DNA from: Chrysemys picta bellii
Taxonomy: Eukaryota
Direction: 5' to 3'
NCBI RefSeq assembly: GCF_011386835.1
Contig: NC_088794.1
Location: 4,712,001-4,776,000 of the forward strand
DNA length: 64,000 bases
Position numbers and translations under genes: made by a program. The notes below the pieces were generated by a model. It had not been told where the DNA came from, ran no database searches, and saw nothing but the letters and a program-made list of their open reading frames with translations. Positions 25,040 through 37,175 of the stretch are shown here, piece after piece (position 1 is the first letter of the stretch; each line of letters starts with the position of its first letter).

Positions 25040-25932
25040 AAATGCACAACTACAAAATGGGGAATAACTGGCCAGGTGGTCATGCTGCTTAAACGGATCT
25101 GGGGGTGCTAGTGAATCACAAATTGAATTTGAGTCAAGAATGTGATGCAGTTGCGAAAACGGCTAATATCGTTCTGGGCTGTATTAACAGGAGTGTCGTA
25201 TGTAAGACAGGGGAAGTAATTGTCCCGCTTTACTCAGCACTGGTGAACCTCTGCTGTAATACTGTGTCCAGTTTTGGGTGCCACACTAAGAAAGATGTGG
25301 AGAAACTGGAGAAAGGCCGGAGGAGAGCAACAAAAATGAGAACAAGTTTAGAAAACCTGACCTATGAGGAAAGGTTAAAAAAATTGGGAATGTTCAGTGT
25401 AGAGACTGAGGGGAGATCTGATAAGTCTTCATCTATGTCAAGGGCTGGTATGAAGAGGACAGTGGCCAATTGTTCTGTATGTCTGCTGAAGGCAGGACAA
25501 GAAATAATTGGCTTAATCTGTAGCAAGGGAGGCTTAGGTTAGATACACCTCTACCCCGATATAATGCCAAAAAATCTTACCGCATTATAGGTGAAACCGC
25601 GTTATATTTAACTTGCTTTAATCCACTGGAGTGCGCAGCCCCGCCCTCCGGAGCACTGCTTTACCGCGTTATATCCAAATTCGTGTTATATCGGGTCGCG
25701 TTATAGCGGGGTAGAGGTGTATTAGGAAAAAGTTTCTAACTGTATGGATAATTAAGTGCTGGAACAGGCTTCCAAGGGAGGTTGTGAAGTCCCTATCACT
25801 GGAGGTTTCTAAGAACAGGTTGGACAAACATCTGTCAGGTGAATCTAGGTTTACGTGGTCCTGCCTCAGCTCAGGGGGCTGGACTTGGTGACTTCTCATG
25901 GTCTCTTCCATCCCTACATTTCTATGATTCTA
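25040..25932 (+). mobile_element. CR1 LINE 3' fragment
   Basis: ORF2 C-terminal translation (HKLNLSQECDAVAK...LEKGRRRATKM) and tail ttctatgattctat. Confidence 0.9.
25546..25719. mobile_element. Tc1/mariner-Tigger-like MITE inside CR1
   Basis: TIR cacctctaccccgatata with TA target duplication. Same family at 59194-59376. Confidence 0.8.
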
Positions 25933-27989
25933 TAAATGGGGCAGATGTTAGGGAACAAACAGAAAGAAACTGGCTAGAGCCGGGACGATGGGCCATCTAA
26001 GCATAGAAATAGGCTGAATTCAACAATGGGCACTGGTGTCTCTGGGACTCGTTCCTTTCCCATTCTCCCAGAGAAGCTGATGGTAAATTGCCCTTTGACT
26101 TCAGTGGAACTGGCCCTCTTGTCCGTAGTCTCTGGGTAGGGAGGAAGAGGGTAATAATATCTTGCATAGGTGCCGACTCCGGAGCACCCATGGAAAAAAG
26201 TTAGCGGGTGCTTAGCACCCACCGGCAGCCATGCTCCCCTTCCCCCCCACACTCCCTCTTGCCTGTGGCCCCCGACGATCAACTCCTCCCCTCCCTCCCA
26301 GTGCCTCCTGCCCGCCGCAGAAGAGGGCTCCGCTACTTCCCTCCACGGGCAGCGTCCTGTTGCCACTAGCACTGGAATCCCCTGATTCCCCTGAGGTGAG
26401 GCTCCTTGTCCAGCCCACGAGCAAGCCACCCTGATCCCAAACTACCAGCCCTTCCTGAACCCCCAGACCCTGAGCCCATCCCTTCCTAAATGGAGAGGGG
26501 AGAGTCCCTCTCCAATCCCCCAAGCCTGAACTCCCTTTCCTGTCCCCAGGGGGTCGGTTGTGTCAGTTTAATTGTCACTCCAGAGACATGCCCAGCTCCC
26601 CTCTCTCTTCGGGGCTGCCTGGGCCCTCGTTAGCCTCAGGTCACGTGGGCAGGGTGCTCGTTTGCATAAAGGGATGCTGGAGAAACCAATCAGGAACCAG
26701 AGAGAGGTCTTAGGGGAGCTCCCCAGAGGCCCTGTGGCTGGGAACATGTCTATGGCAGTCAAGCCTGTGATGCAAGGAGTCAGGGCAAGGAGCACGGGGG
26801 TCTGGTCCCAGCCCCACGGCAGGGAGGGGCAATGGGAAATGGAACAGGAAACATAATTGCATCCAAGAAAGCAGGGCTCAAATCGGGACAAATGAAAAAG
26901 GGGTGGTGCCCTCCCAACCTCTGCCCCCAAGCCAAGCTACGCCCACTGGAGACACAAAAAGGAGATACAGCGATTGCACATGGGTTCAAATGGGCACCAA
27001 TTTTTGGTGACTGGATACTGGTAAAAGGCTCTGATTCAGTCAAAGAGTCCTCCTTGGTGGGGGAGAAAGGGTTGGTTTTGTTGTTCAGTTTTGCATCATG
27101 AATGAAAGTCACTTTCTTGCTTTGGACGAAACAGACCGACATAGGATGGGGAGAAGAGCTTGGAAAGTAAAGGTGAGGGAGATACGGGTTTTGTTGGTGT
27201 TCTCGGGATACAGGGCAGCTGGTCAGTCACGGATGGAGGCTTTGGGGGGGGCAGGTTGGCCGTGGCCGCTGTTTCTCTGGAGACTCCAGTTCACCTCCCC
27301 CGTCAGGTACGTCTGGTCAGCTCCCTCTCCTTCATTGGTCCTTCACAGTCTGGACAGAGTGGGAGAGGCCATCTCATCTCACCGTGCTGGTGCCATGCAC
27401 TACAGATGATTACAGGGTCAGATGAAAAGCCCAGAGGGAGCGACTGGACAGGAGGAAGATGAGGGGGGCAGAAAGGGGCAGACAAGGGAAGGGAAGACAG
27501 AGCAGGATCTCCCATATATCAGGTTGAGGTTCTTGCTGATACAGCAACATCAAGCGTCCCCATTGGAGTACCAAGGTCTGGTGTCCGAACAATCCTTCTG
27601 CCACAGCAGTGGTGATGGTAAAAGAAAGGTGGTTTTGTTCTCCCTCTAAGTCTCTTTTTAAGAGCTCCAAACAGGTGGTGGGTGGAACAATCCATCGTCA
27701 TTATTTGATCCACCAATTAGGTCTAATTTCTGACCCATCAATTTTGGTTCATTAATTTCCAGTCCTCTGCTCCTCTTAGTTACCAGTCAGAATCTTAACA
27801 CAGCCCTGGAATGGTGTCAGCAGACCCTCTGATTACATGAATACAATCTTTCGGTCCCCCCCTCACAACCTTTCTTAAACAGTTTGATATCACAGATCAT
27901 TGCGGCAATGCAGGAACCTTTACACCCTTTTCACTATGTCGGCTAATTACTGAGGTAGGCCCTGCTAGGCCCCAATTATTACAACTGGG

Positions 27990-29280
27990 CCCCTGCAGAG
28001 GTTACTCCTAAGGGGATTCTGCGTGACTGTGTCCCCGCAGAAAATGCCCCCCACCCCCGGGTAGAATTCCTATGCTTCCCTGCTGAAAACAGCAGGGAAG
28101 CCGCACAGGAGAGGGGGGATGACCACGGATGCAGTTTTTTTGGGGGGGGGATTGCTCCCCCCAAACAGAGGTGAGGCATGAGGGGGCACACGGGGTTATG
28201 TGCTGCTGCCCCCCATCATTTCTGCAAGTGCAGGGCTGCCCGGCTGAAGGGGGTTGTCTTGGGTCTGCTGACTCTACAGATGAACGCCACCTTCTGGGTC
28301 CTAGTGCCAGTCGTGCTCCCCTTCTGTGTGCTGGGAGCCTTCCTGTTTTCTGTGGAACTGTGAGTGCCCGCCGTGGGGCTGGGTAAGAGGGGGTGGAGGA
28401 AAGGAGGGAAGAGAGGGTGAGGGGGTGGGGAAGGAAGGGGGTGGAATAGGGCAGGGGGAGGGGAATGTGGGAGTGGGGGGAGGGGTGGAGAAGAAAAGGG
28501 GATAGGGGAATCGCGGGAGAAATGGGAGCACAGTATGCAGCGTCCCCTCAGTAGCAGCTGAGGCTCTCCCGTTAAGCAGGCCCATGAAACCCTCACCCTG
28601 ACAAGCCCTACCCCCCTATACCTGGACCCCTCCGACAAGCCCCCTCACCCAGACCCCCACCCCACCGAGCCCCAACCAGCTGCACCTGGACCCGCACCCC
28701 ATCAAGCCCCTGGCTCCCAGACCCTCCACTGAGCCCCCTGCACCCAGACCCCCCCGCTGAGCCCCATCTCCCCACACCCAGCCCCTCCTGCTAAATCCCA
28801 ATCACCTTCACCTGGATCCCCTGCACAGTCTCATTGTCCCTGCACCTGGAAACCCCCAACAAGCCCCTGTGCATCCAGAGCCCCCCAATGAATCGCCTGC
28901 ACTCAGATTGCCCCACACAGAAACCACTCACCCCACACCTGGATCTCCCCACACTAAGCCCCTCCACATTTGGATCCTGCTGGGCTGAGCCTGCCTGCCC
29001 ACACCTGCTGCATCTGGTGCAGAGGGCAGGGCCCCGCGGTGTTTCTGGGGCAGGCCCAGCTCTTGCACTGTGACAGGGTATGGGGCAGCCTCACTGCCGA
29101 GTTCCTGTACCAGGGAAGGTGGAGGCTGCAGGGTGATCTCCCACCTCAATGCAGCCAGTGGCCTGTGCTCCCCACTGCCATGTTGGAGCCACATTTATTT
29201 ATTGACAAAGAAAATGTGCATAATTTAAAAATATTGTGCGCATACTTTTAATTTTTTTGGCGCAGAATTCCCTCAGGAGC
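27990..29280. mobile_element. GC-rich non-autonomous DNA element with C-rich minisatellite-like interior
   Basis: gcagaattcc-type ends and internal acccagaccccc/gagccccc repeats. Boundaries approximate. Confidence 0.5.
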
Positions 29281-29551
29281 AGAGGTGCATGAATGCAAAC
29301 TTGGGACCCACTTCTGACAAGAGACACCAGCAACAGGAGTTGAGGAGTTTCAGCAGGGACTGTTGGAGCCCTCTGTCTTCTCTTCTGCTACATTTCATCC
29401 TAATAGATGTAGAACACTTGGGCTTCTTAAGCTGCTCCCCCTGCTCTTCCTCCAGCTACGGCAGAGTAAGACAGGGATCATACAACCCAGGCAAGTACCT
29501 GTGCAATGGAGACTTCTCTGAGTCCACAAGGATCTGGGCGAGTGTTTAGGG

Positions 29552-30098
29552 CAGGGATCTCAAACTCAATTTACCTTAGGGCCAGGGCCAGTCCTCAAAT
29601 CCTCCCAGCGGGCCAATATTGTCACTGAAGATGGTGTTTAGAAAAGAAAACGTTTATATTGTATTTTTTATTTCAAATTTCTTAGAAATAATACAACTTT
29701 ATACAATTCTTCACCTGCCAGAGAGTTTTTAGTGTTTGCCAGACACCTGGCAACGCTTCAGTTCTGTCTGTTTGTTGATGTTTGGCCTCAGTGACGGAGC
29801 AGTTGAAACTTTCAGGATTGCAGCAAGGTGTGCGTCAGATAGTTGTGCTCGGTATTTTGACTTGTTTATATTCATTGTGGTAAAAAGTGATGCTGCCTCC
29901 ATGGCTGACTCTGCCCGGCAACTAGTGATGGTATTGTTGTCCCTCTCCCCCAGCCAATGGGAGCTGTGGGGGGTGGCACCTGCAGCAAACATTGCCCTCA
30001 CACCGGCAACGCTGCTTCATGTGTCTCTACTCAGTGGGCCGCAGTGGTGAGGTTCTCGGGCCGCAGATGGCCCGTGAGCCGGGACTTTGAGACCCCTG
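29552..30098 (-). mobile_element. Internally deleted Charlie/SPIN-like hAT transposon retaining transposase C-terminus
   Basis: TIRs cagggatctcaaact / actttgagacccctg, TSD gtttaggg/ctttaggg. The 29729-30001 translation MNINKSKYRAQLSDAHLAAILKVSTA..KRCQVSG matches the hAT-Charlie transposase end. Confidence 0.85.
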
Positions 30099-30200
30099 CT
30101 TTAGGGTCTTGCCTTTGGGACTGTGAACTGAACTGCCCAGGCCCGAAGCAAAGATGAAAATTTCACGGGCATGGCTGTAAGCCAAAGACGCTAGAGTTTT

Positions 30201-30212
30201 AGTTTCATTTCC
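30201..30212 (+). promoter_or_regulatory. ISRE motif upstream of PYD exon B
   Basis: AGTTTCATTTCC, the best match of the three to the ISRE consensus. Confidence 0.6.
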
Positions 30213-30315
30213 TGAACTTGTTCTCTCTTTGCAAAGATTTTTTTCCCCCCAGCCAAGTCTCTGGCTCTGGGGGCCAGTTTGTGGCTCCTTCCTGCCCTGC
30301 CCTAGGGCTTGTGGC

Positions 30316-30592
30316 ATGGAGAAGACTGTGACCGATCTCCTGCTGGAGACCCTGGAAGAGCTGGGGAAAGATGACCTCAAGCGATTCAAGTGGAAGCTGA
30401 AGGAAATCAAGGTGGAAAACCAGTATAACAACATCCCCTGGGGCAAGCTGGAGACAGCACGTCCTGTGGATGTCGCCAAGGAATTGCTCAACTACTACGG
30501 GGAGCACTACAGGGTGGAGGTGACCATTCAAGTGCTGAGATCCATCCACCGGAGAGACCTGACAGACAGACTCACCAAGGCAACACAAGCTG
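30316..30592 (+). CDS. PYD first coding exon of gene B
   Basis: MEKTVTDLLLETLEELGKDDLKRFKWKLKEI...IPWGKLETARPVDVA. Acceptor ccctag| with exon start at 30306, donor G|gtaagg. 277 nt, phase 1. Confidence 0.92.
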
Positions 30593-31719
30593 GTAAGGGA
30601 GTGACCAAGTTCCTTCCCCATACGTAGGCTCCCATGGGCTTTGGGATTCTGCTGCAGGATCTAAGCATCATTGTTGCAAAAATATCACAGATCTAGCCTT
30701 TATAATGGCTTAAAAATATGAACTGTGTGTGGCGATGTCTGCCCGAATCTGCAGACAACCTGGAACAAGAGCATTGAGATTCATCTCAAAGCTGCTGGTG
30801 AATCCTGATGTCTGAACCCTAATGACAGAATGCCAACATTGTTAACTCTTTAGGTGCTGATAATTTAAGGAGAAACATCCAGCGAATCCCACAATCCTTC
30901 ATTACCTCTTACCACCGTAGAAGCCCCCCGGGTCCCTTTCCCAGCTGCCGAAATCTGCAACAGCATCTGCAGTGCAGTTGTGTGATTTCAAGGCAAAGTT
31001 ATGCGGCATATTGAAAACTAAGACTTATAGGGCAGTGTGAGATGCACTGAACTGAATATCAGATAAAATCGCCCAGGAATTACAATATTGATTGTGTTAT
31101 TCATTTATGCATTTAAGTCAATGAAACGCCTCTGTTTTTAAGAAGCTATTGGATCGCTAGTTTGCAATACCAGAGAACCACAGAACTTGAGGGACCTTGC
31201 TGCAGAATTTAGGCCACAGAATATAAGGGACCCTGGCTTACAATTGGACACCCAGCTGCACCACCTCTGCAGTTTTACAAGCTATTGTCAGATCCTTCTT
31301 AACTACTGCACTAGCAGCTGAAAGCCAACTGGGCCAAGTAATCCACCATCTGTGCAGTCTCCTCCACACAGCCAATGACATTGTTGTATGCAGATTAGCT
31401 GTAGAGTAAGGGTGCTGATTGGCTGAGCTACCTCTGACATCACAACTGCCTAAAACTTCTGGCATGGCATAGCTACATGCCTTGCTTTTGTGCAGGTGTA
31501 ATTTGTAAAGTCAAAATGGCTGTGACTTAAAAATTGGACAGTACCAATCCGTGAAACCCAGCGGTGATTGGTAATAGTCTGAACAGAAAGTGCTCTGGCT
31601 TCAGAGTGACGCACAGACAGAGACAATCCTGGAATCTTCTCATATAGATAATCCTACCTTCCAAGGAAACTTGCAAAGGAATAAAATTGGGCATGTGCCC
31701 TTTTTTTGGTGCTTTACGA

Positions 31720-32600
31720 GCCTTGTTTTGAACACAAGTTCCCTTTTAGGAGGGATGTTGAAAAATTGGAGAGGTACAGAGAAGAGCCACAAAAATGAGT
31801 AAAGGGCTAGAAAATATGTCTTGCAGCGAGAGACTTATGGAGCATAATCTGATTATTTTATCAAAAAGAAGATCCTAAGGTGACTTGAGGACAGTGGGGA
31901 GGAAATATCAGGTACTAAATGGCTCTTTAACCTAGCAATGAAAGGCAGAACTAGACCTAATGGATTCGAAGTTAAAACCAGATATATTCTAATCAGAAAT
32001 AAGGCACCATTTTTGTTGGGGGGTGGGTGATTAACCATTGGAACTAATTCCCCTGAGAAGTGGTGGATTCTCCATCCTTTGATGGTGTCCAATCCTGCCT
32101 GGATGTCTTTCTAAAAAATGCTTTAGTCAAACACAAGTTACTGGGCTCAGTGCAGGGGTAACTGGGTGAAATTCTCAGGCCTGTGTTACACAGGAGGTCA
32201 GACTAGATCAGGGATCAGCAACCTTTGGCACGCAGCTAGCCAGAGTAAGCACCCTGGCGGGCCAGGCCGGTTTGTTTACCTGCCCCATCCGCAGGTTCTG
32301 CCGATCACGGCTCCCACTGGCAGCGGTTCGACGCTCCAGGCCAATGGGGGCTGCAGGAAGCGGCGTAGGCTGAGGGATTTGCTGGCTGGCGCTTCCCACT
32401 GCCCCCATTGGCCTGGAGCGGTGAACCGCGGCCAGTGGGAGCCACGATCGGCAGAACTTGCAGACGCAGAAGGTAAGCAAACCAGCCCAGCCCGCCAGGG
32501 TGCTTACCCTGGGGAGCCGCATGCCAAAAGTTGCCAATCCCTGGACTAGATCATTTGACGGTCTCTTCTGGCCTCAAACTCTGTGAATCTAAGAAAAAAA
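31720..32600 (+). mobile_element. Degraded CR1 3' fragment interrupted by a hAT MITE
   Basis: CR1 C-terminal and UTR motifs on both sides of 32209-32543. Confidence 0.7.
32209..32543. mobile_element. Charlie-type hAT MITE
   Basis: cagggatcagcaac ... gttgccaatccctg with a perfect 8-bp TSD GACTAGAT. Confidence 0.9.
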
Positions 32601-32744
32601 TCCTCTCCTCTAAAAAGGCACACAACGTGTTTGCTGGCTTATTGGCAAGCCACATATATACATGTTTTGGGCAGGTCAGCACCCAGCCTCATTACGATAC
32701 ATTTGGGAGCTGGAATGAGGAGCAGGAAATAAGACTGAAAATCA

Positions 32745-33260
32745 TTGACTCATAGAAATGTCAGGCTGGAAGGGACCTCGAGAGGTCATCTACTCCAGCC
32801 CCCTGCGCTGAGGCAGGACCAGGTAAACCTAGGCCAACCCTGAGAGGTGTTTGTCCAACCTGTTCTTAAAAATCTCCAGTGATGGGGATTCCACAACCTA
32901 CCTTGGAAGCCTGGTTCAGAGCTTAACCGCCCTTAGAGTTAGAAAGTTTTCCCTGATATCTAACCTAGCTCTACCATGCTGCAGATTAAGTCTGTTACAT
33001 CTTGTCCTACCCTCAGTGGACATGGAGAGCAACTGATCACTGTCCTCTTTATAACAGCCCTGAACATATCTCAAGACTGTTATCAGGTCCCGCCTCGGTC
33101 TTCTTTTCTCAAGACTAAACGTGCCCAGTGTTTTTAATCTTTCCTTATAGGTCAGGTTGCTCTCCACTTTCTCCAGTTTATCCACATCTTTCCTTAAGCA
33201 TGGCACCCAGAATTGGACACCGTGCCGAGTAGAGCAGGACCATTACTTCCCATGTCGGAC
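32745..33260 (-). mobile_element. CR1 3' fragment
   Basis: tcatagaaatgtcaggctggaagggacc tail; the 32916-33206 minus translation is the CR1 ORF2 end. Confidence 0.9.
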
Positions 33261-33276
33261 ATACAACACACCGACC

Positions 33277-34414
33277 TGTTCATACACCTGTGGCGCTTTG
33301 GGGCTTCACCCAGATCAGGATTGGATTCTGTCAATGTTGCCCTGGAACCCCGGGTGCCTCCTGCTGTGTAGCTTTAGCTCTGAGCCCTGATGCCAGCCAT
33401 GTGTCCACCGCACAAAAGTCTCACCCTGAGCTACTGCCAGCCCAGTTACTCCTTGCAGGTTGACCCCCAATGCCCCCCTCTGTCCTGAATCTCCCCCAAA
33501 CTGTCTCCCCTGTCATGTTCCTCTCACTGGACACTCAGAGTTAACACCACATTCGCTGCCTCCCGAGCCAGGGCACACCACAGCTTGTTAGCTCAGCGGG
33601 GGTGATACACTCCACCTTAATGCACTACCCTGAGACAATCTGATGTAAAACTAAGGCTAAGTTGATTAACAAAGAACATAGATTGATGTGATTTCAAGCC
33701 AGAGTAAAAGGGGCATGAAAGGGTTACAAAGCAAAACACGCTTTCGAATGTCAAAACTGAATTGTAGCAAGATATAGCTTCGACTATTATTATTGTTACG
33801 TCAATTTGTCAGCTTTCTTCAGGCCTGTTTTAGCAGGAGGACCCATTTTGCACGAATACAAAGCATGGCTTCTTCGTTCTCTCAGGTGATGGATTCCTCA
33901 AAGTTGTTCAGCAGTTCCTAATATCCCCAAATTTTATCTTTGTCTTAAAAGTTAGGAAGCACTCCCGGGGGCTCAGCTTTCTAGGTCCACCAGGGAGCGG
34001 ACACCAGGTAAATTTTCTCCTGTGATTTACAATGCAAATGATCCTCCTGAAATCTCCCATGCAAATGAATAACCCATGGACCCTTTCTCTGGTCACACCT
34101 AGTTTGATCTGCAATTGAGCGCAAGAGATGTTTGCCCTTCCCCTGCTTTGACTTATTTGTCCGTTTATAGACTCCAAATAGTAATATCAGAGAATGCCCA
34201 TCATTTCACAAACAGCACTGTTGCATAGATTTCACACTGATATTAATGATCAGCATGTTATTAGTTTTCAAATGATATACTACAAGACACCTTTTAAATG
34301 AATATCATGACAACAGTGTGTGAGGTTTATGAGCTGGTCAGGCCAGCTAAGACTTATGGTTACATACCAGGAGCACCTTGCCGTCTGGCATTGGGGTGCT
34401 CTTAGGGTCATAAC
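33277..34414 (-). mobile_element. LTR (Gypsy-like) inserted into CR1
   Basis: Ends ...gggtcataaca and splits the CR1 pieces at 32745-33260 and 34415-34725. Boundaries approximate. Confidence 0.55.
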
Positions 34415-34725
34415 ACCCCAGAATGATATTAGTCTTTTTTGCAACTGCATCATATTTGTTGACTCATATTCAATTTGTGATCCGCTCTAACCCCCAGATC
34501 CTTTTCTGCAGTACTGCTGCCTAGACAGTTATTCCTCATTTTGTAGTTGTGCATTTGATTTTTCCTTCCTAAGTGAAGTACTTTGCACTTGTCTTTATTG
34601 AATTTCACCTTGTTGATTTCAGACCAGTTCTCCAAGTTGTCAAGGTTGTTTTGAATTCTAATCCTGTCCTCCAAAGTGCTTGCAACCCCTCCCAGCTTGG
34701 TGTCATTTGCGAACGTTATAAGCAT
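34415..34725 (-). mobile_element. CR1 RT fragment
   Basis: FANDTKLGGVA...FNKDKCKVLHLG translation. Confidence 0.9.
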
Positions 34726-35219
34726 GATGCGTGCATCCTTCAGCAACATTGAAAGGCACAGTAAAAAATCTAGGGGCGGGCAAAGGGAATGTTCCGCTTC
34801 ATTCCCTGCACCTGATTCGCTGCCTCTATGACAATACTAAGTTTCTGACCTGGGTTTACTTCACTCCAGCAGCTGGGACTAGGGTGGAAATATTTCTGCC
34901 GTTCTGGCTGCTCAACACATATGGTGGGACTGGTCGGCAGCCCGCCAATGCAGCTCCAGAGACAGGCAAATGGGATGCACCATATGAGTGGGTGGAGGAA
35001 GCGGGAGCAGGCAGGCTCCTACCATGGATGAACGGGGGCAAGAGAAACAGGAAACCCCACATAAAAAATAGGGGGTTCAAAAAATGGCGGAGGCCAAGTG
35101 GAAGAATGTGTGCTGTGATTGGTGGAAACGCATCACAGAGAGGGACGGGGAAGTTCAGGAAGGGGAGAGAGAGAAGGAGAATAGGCCATTTGCACAATAA
35201 GAAGGAACAGGGATCCAGA

Positions 35220-35341
35220 GCTTTCTCTGTGTGTGTAAAAAGAAGAACAGGAGTACTTGTGGCACCTTAGAGACTAACAAATTTATTAGAGCATAAGCTT
35301 TCGTGGACTACAGCCCACTTCTGTGTGTGTGTGTGTGTGTG
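35220..35341. repeat. Penelope end fragment plus (TG)n microsatellite
   Basis: agaagaacaggagtacttgtggcaccttagagac... followed by tgtgtgtg. Confidence 0.75.
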
Positions 35342-35429
35342 AGGATTAGCTAAACAGGTGGGAGCCTCCATATCAAAGAGAGTTGTTGATTAGGTACCAA
35401 TAACACATTTTCTCTATATTTCTTGCTAG

Positions 35430-35546
35430 ATGTTTTAAATCTGGAGCTGGAATCAATGACGCCACAAAACCCAGAGCCAGGGGAGACAGATGGGTCCAAT
35501 CTGGAGCAAGAATCCAATATGCAGCGGATGCCAGCCTCTTTCAAAA
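35430..35546 (+). CDS. Linker exon (117 nt, phase 1-1) of gene B
   Basis: tttcttgctag|ATGTTTTAAAT...TTCAAAA|gtactg, encoding DVLNLELESMTPQNPEPGETDGSNLEQESNMQRMPASFK. Its start resembles the gene A linker acceptor. Confidence 0.7.
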
Positions 35547-37175
35547 GTACTGTCTCTTATAACCCTTCCTTCTGTACTTGCAGTTGACGCACTGTAGTAA
35601 TGAACATGTCACTGAGTTTTATTAATTTGCATTACAACACAAGGGGGACAATACGCTGTCTCTTACCTGCTTGGAATCTCCCTTCTCAAGCTTAGTGGTG
35701 TGGATAGACCTGGCAGCTATTAATCTTGTGCCGGAGACATCACCAGACTAAAACTTGTCTATGGGCTTGAAGGCAGCATTGCTTCATATTGAATGGCAGG
35801 AGAATCTAGTCATTGGGCCAGGCTAGGTCTGCTAACTCCATACAAGGAGAAAGAGAGAGACCATTGAGCCACGAGAAAGAGGCTTGGGCCCAAATTGTCA
35901 AAGCGGATGTCCAAACTAGCTGTGAGTGCTCAGAACACGGTGGAAAATTAAGTCCCAGGTATCTCCGAGTGACAGCTAGACCTAGGTGTGTCAAGTAGAA
36001 AGACACCAAAAACTAGTGGGCAAGTTTGAAAATGTTGGCGTGAGTCTCTAGAGATGAAGACGATGCTACACTGATCTTTGCGCTCAAGCTGAGAGAATAA
36101 TTGATTGTTTTGGTTCGGCCCTTAAAATCATTTAATTTTGGGTTGAAAACACCTGAAAATAAAACACCAAAAGCTCTACTCTGTGCAGCTATTATATAAG
36201 CCAGTTCATAGCCAAGGCACAGAGGGAGCAAACAGGAATAATAAAGATGGAAAGGGGGAAAAACAATTAAATTTGTTGACATTGAGGAATGGCATAGACT
36301 GAATGAAAACCAAGCGGTTATTTAAAAGACCAGGGAATGGAAATTTTCAAAGATACAAATGGGAGCTAGGCGTTCAATTCCGTGGACTATGAATGGGGAT
36401 TGGGTGCCCCGCTGCAATTTATACTTTTGCAATAATCTATGCTGAAAAGTGACTCTGTAAAAAAATTGTGTCGTATGGCTGCATGTTTAATGTGGGTGAA
36501 TTCTTTTGAAATCAAGCATTTACACACTTCCAAGAAAAAGGACGATTTCTCTGACTTCTCTCCTTGTGGGCTCAGAAAATTTGAGGCCAGAAGAGATCAT
36601 TTTGATCCTCTAGTCTGGTCTCTGACAGAACCCAGGCCAGAGAATTTGATCCGGTGATTCTTGCATCCAGCTCATACCTTATGGTTGAGTTACAGCAGGT
36701 CTGACCTGGGGAAGCTGGGTTCTTACTTTCTCCATCATTAGTTTTAAAGATTCTGCACGCCAAATTCTGCCCCCAGTGTCCCTCTCACCGACTCTGCTAT
36801 CACCCATCCTGCCCTTGGTGACCCCCTCATGGTCCTCTCTGCCTTCCCACCCTGCCCTCTGTAATTGATTGGCACCTATAAGCCGTACTAATGTTGCATA
36901 AAAAGGACTCTAACCCAGCTCCCCAATTCATAGCTACGCTGGTTCTGCTGGGCCGGAAAGAAAGATTTTACTTTTGTCCCTAAAGTCAGAAGATCTGTTG
37001 AGTAAAAACAGGCTGTGTAGACAAAGTCACCTCTCGGAGTGAAGCATATTCCGTTGCCAGCCTGTGACGTTAACTGCTGTTCATTTTGTTCCCATCGCTG
37101 CCCCAACCTCCAAAGGATCAATTCCATTTAAAACCATTTCTTCACCACTGCAATATCCTCTTTGTCTTTCCACAG

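Noticed and set aside
26600-27900. Possible ERV pol-end/env remnant on the minus strand (HQTLVLQW, GHHPFFICP)
   Set aside because: Only two weak motifs, with no LTR or RT context to support a call.
28600-28960. Short-period repeats resembling a repeat-spacer array
   Set aside because: Degenerate C-rich minisatellite inside a DNA transposon in eukaryotic DNA; not CRISPR-like.
37064-37175. N-terminal extension of the 1472-aa ORF (and 30229-30315 of the PYD ORF)
   Set aside because: Both are read-through upstream of a strong splice acceptor or the true ATG; homology with gene A starts at the acceptor.
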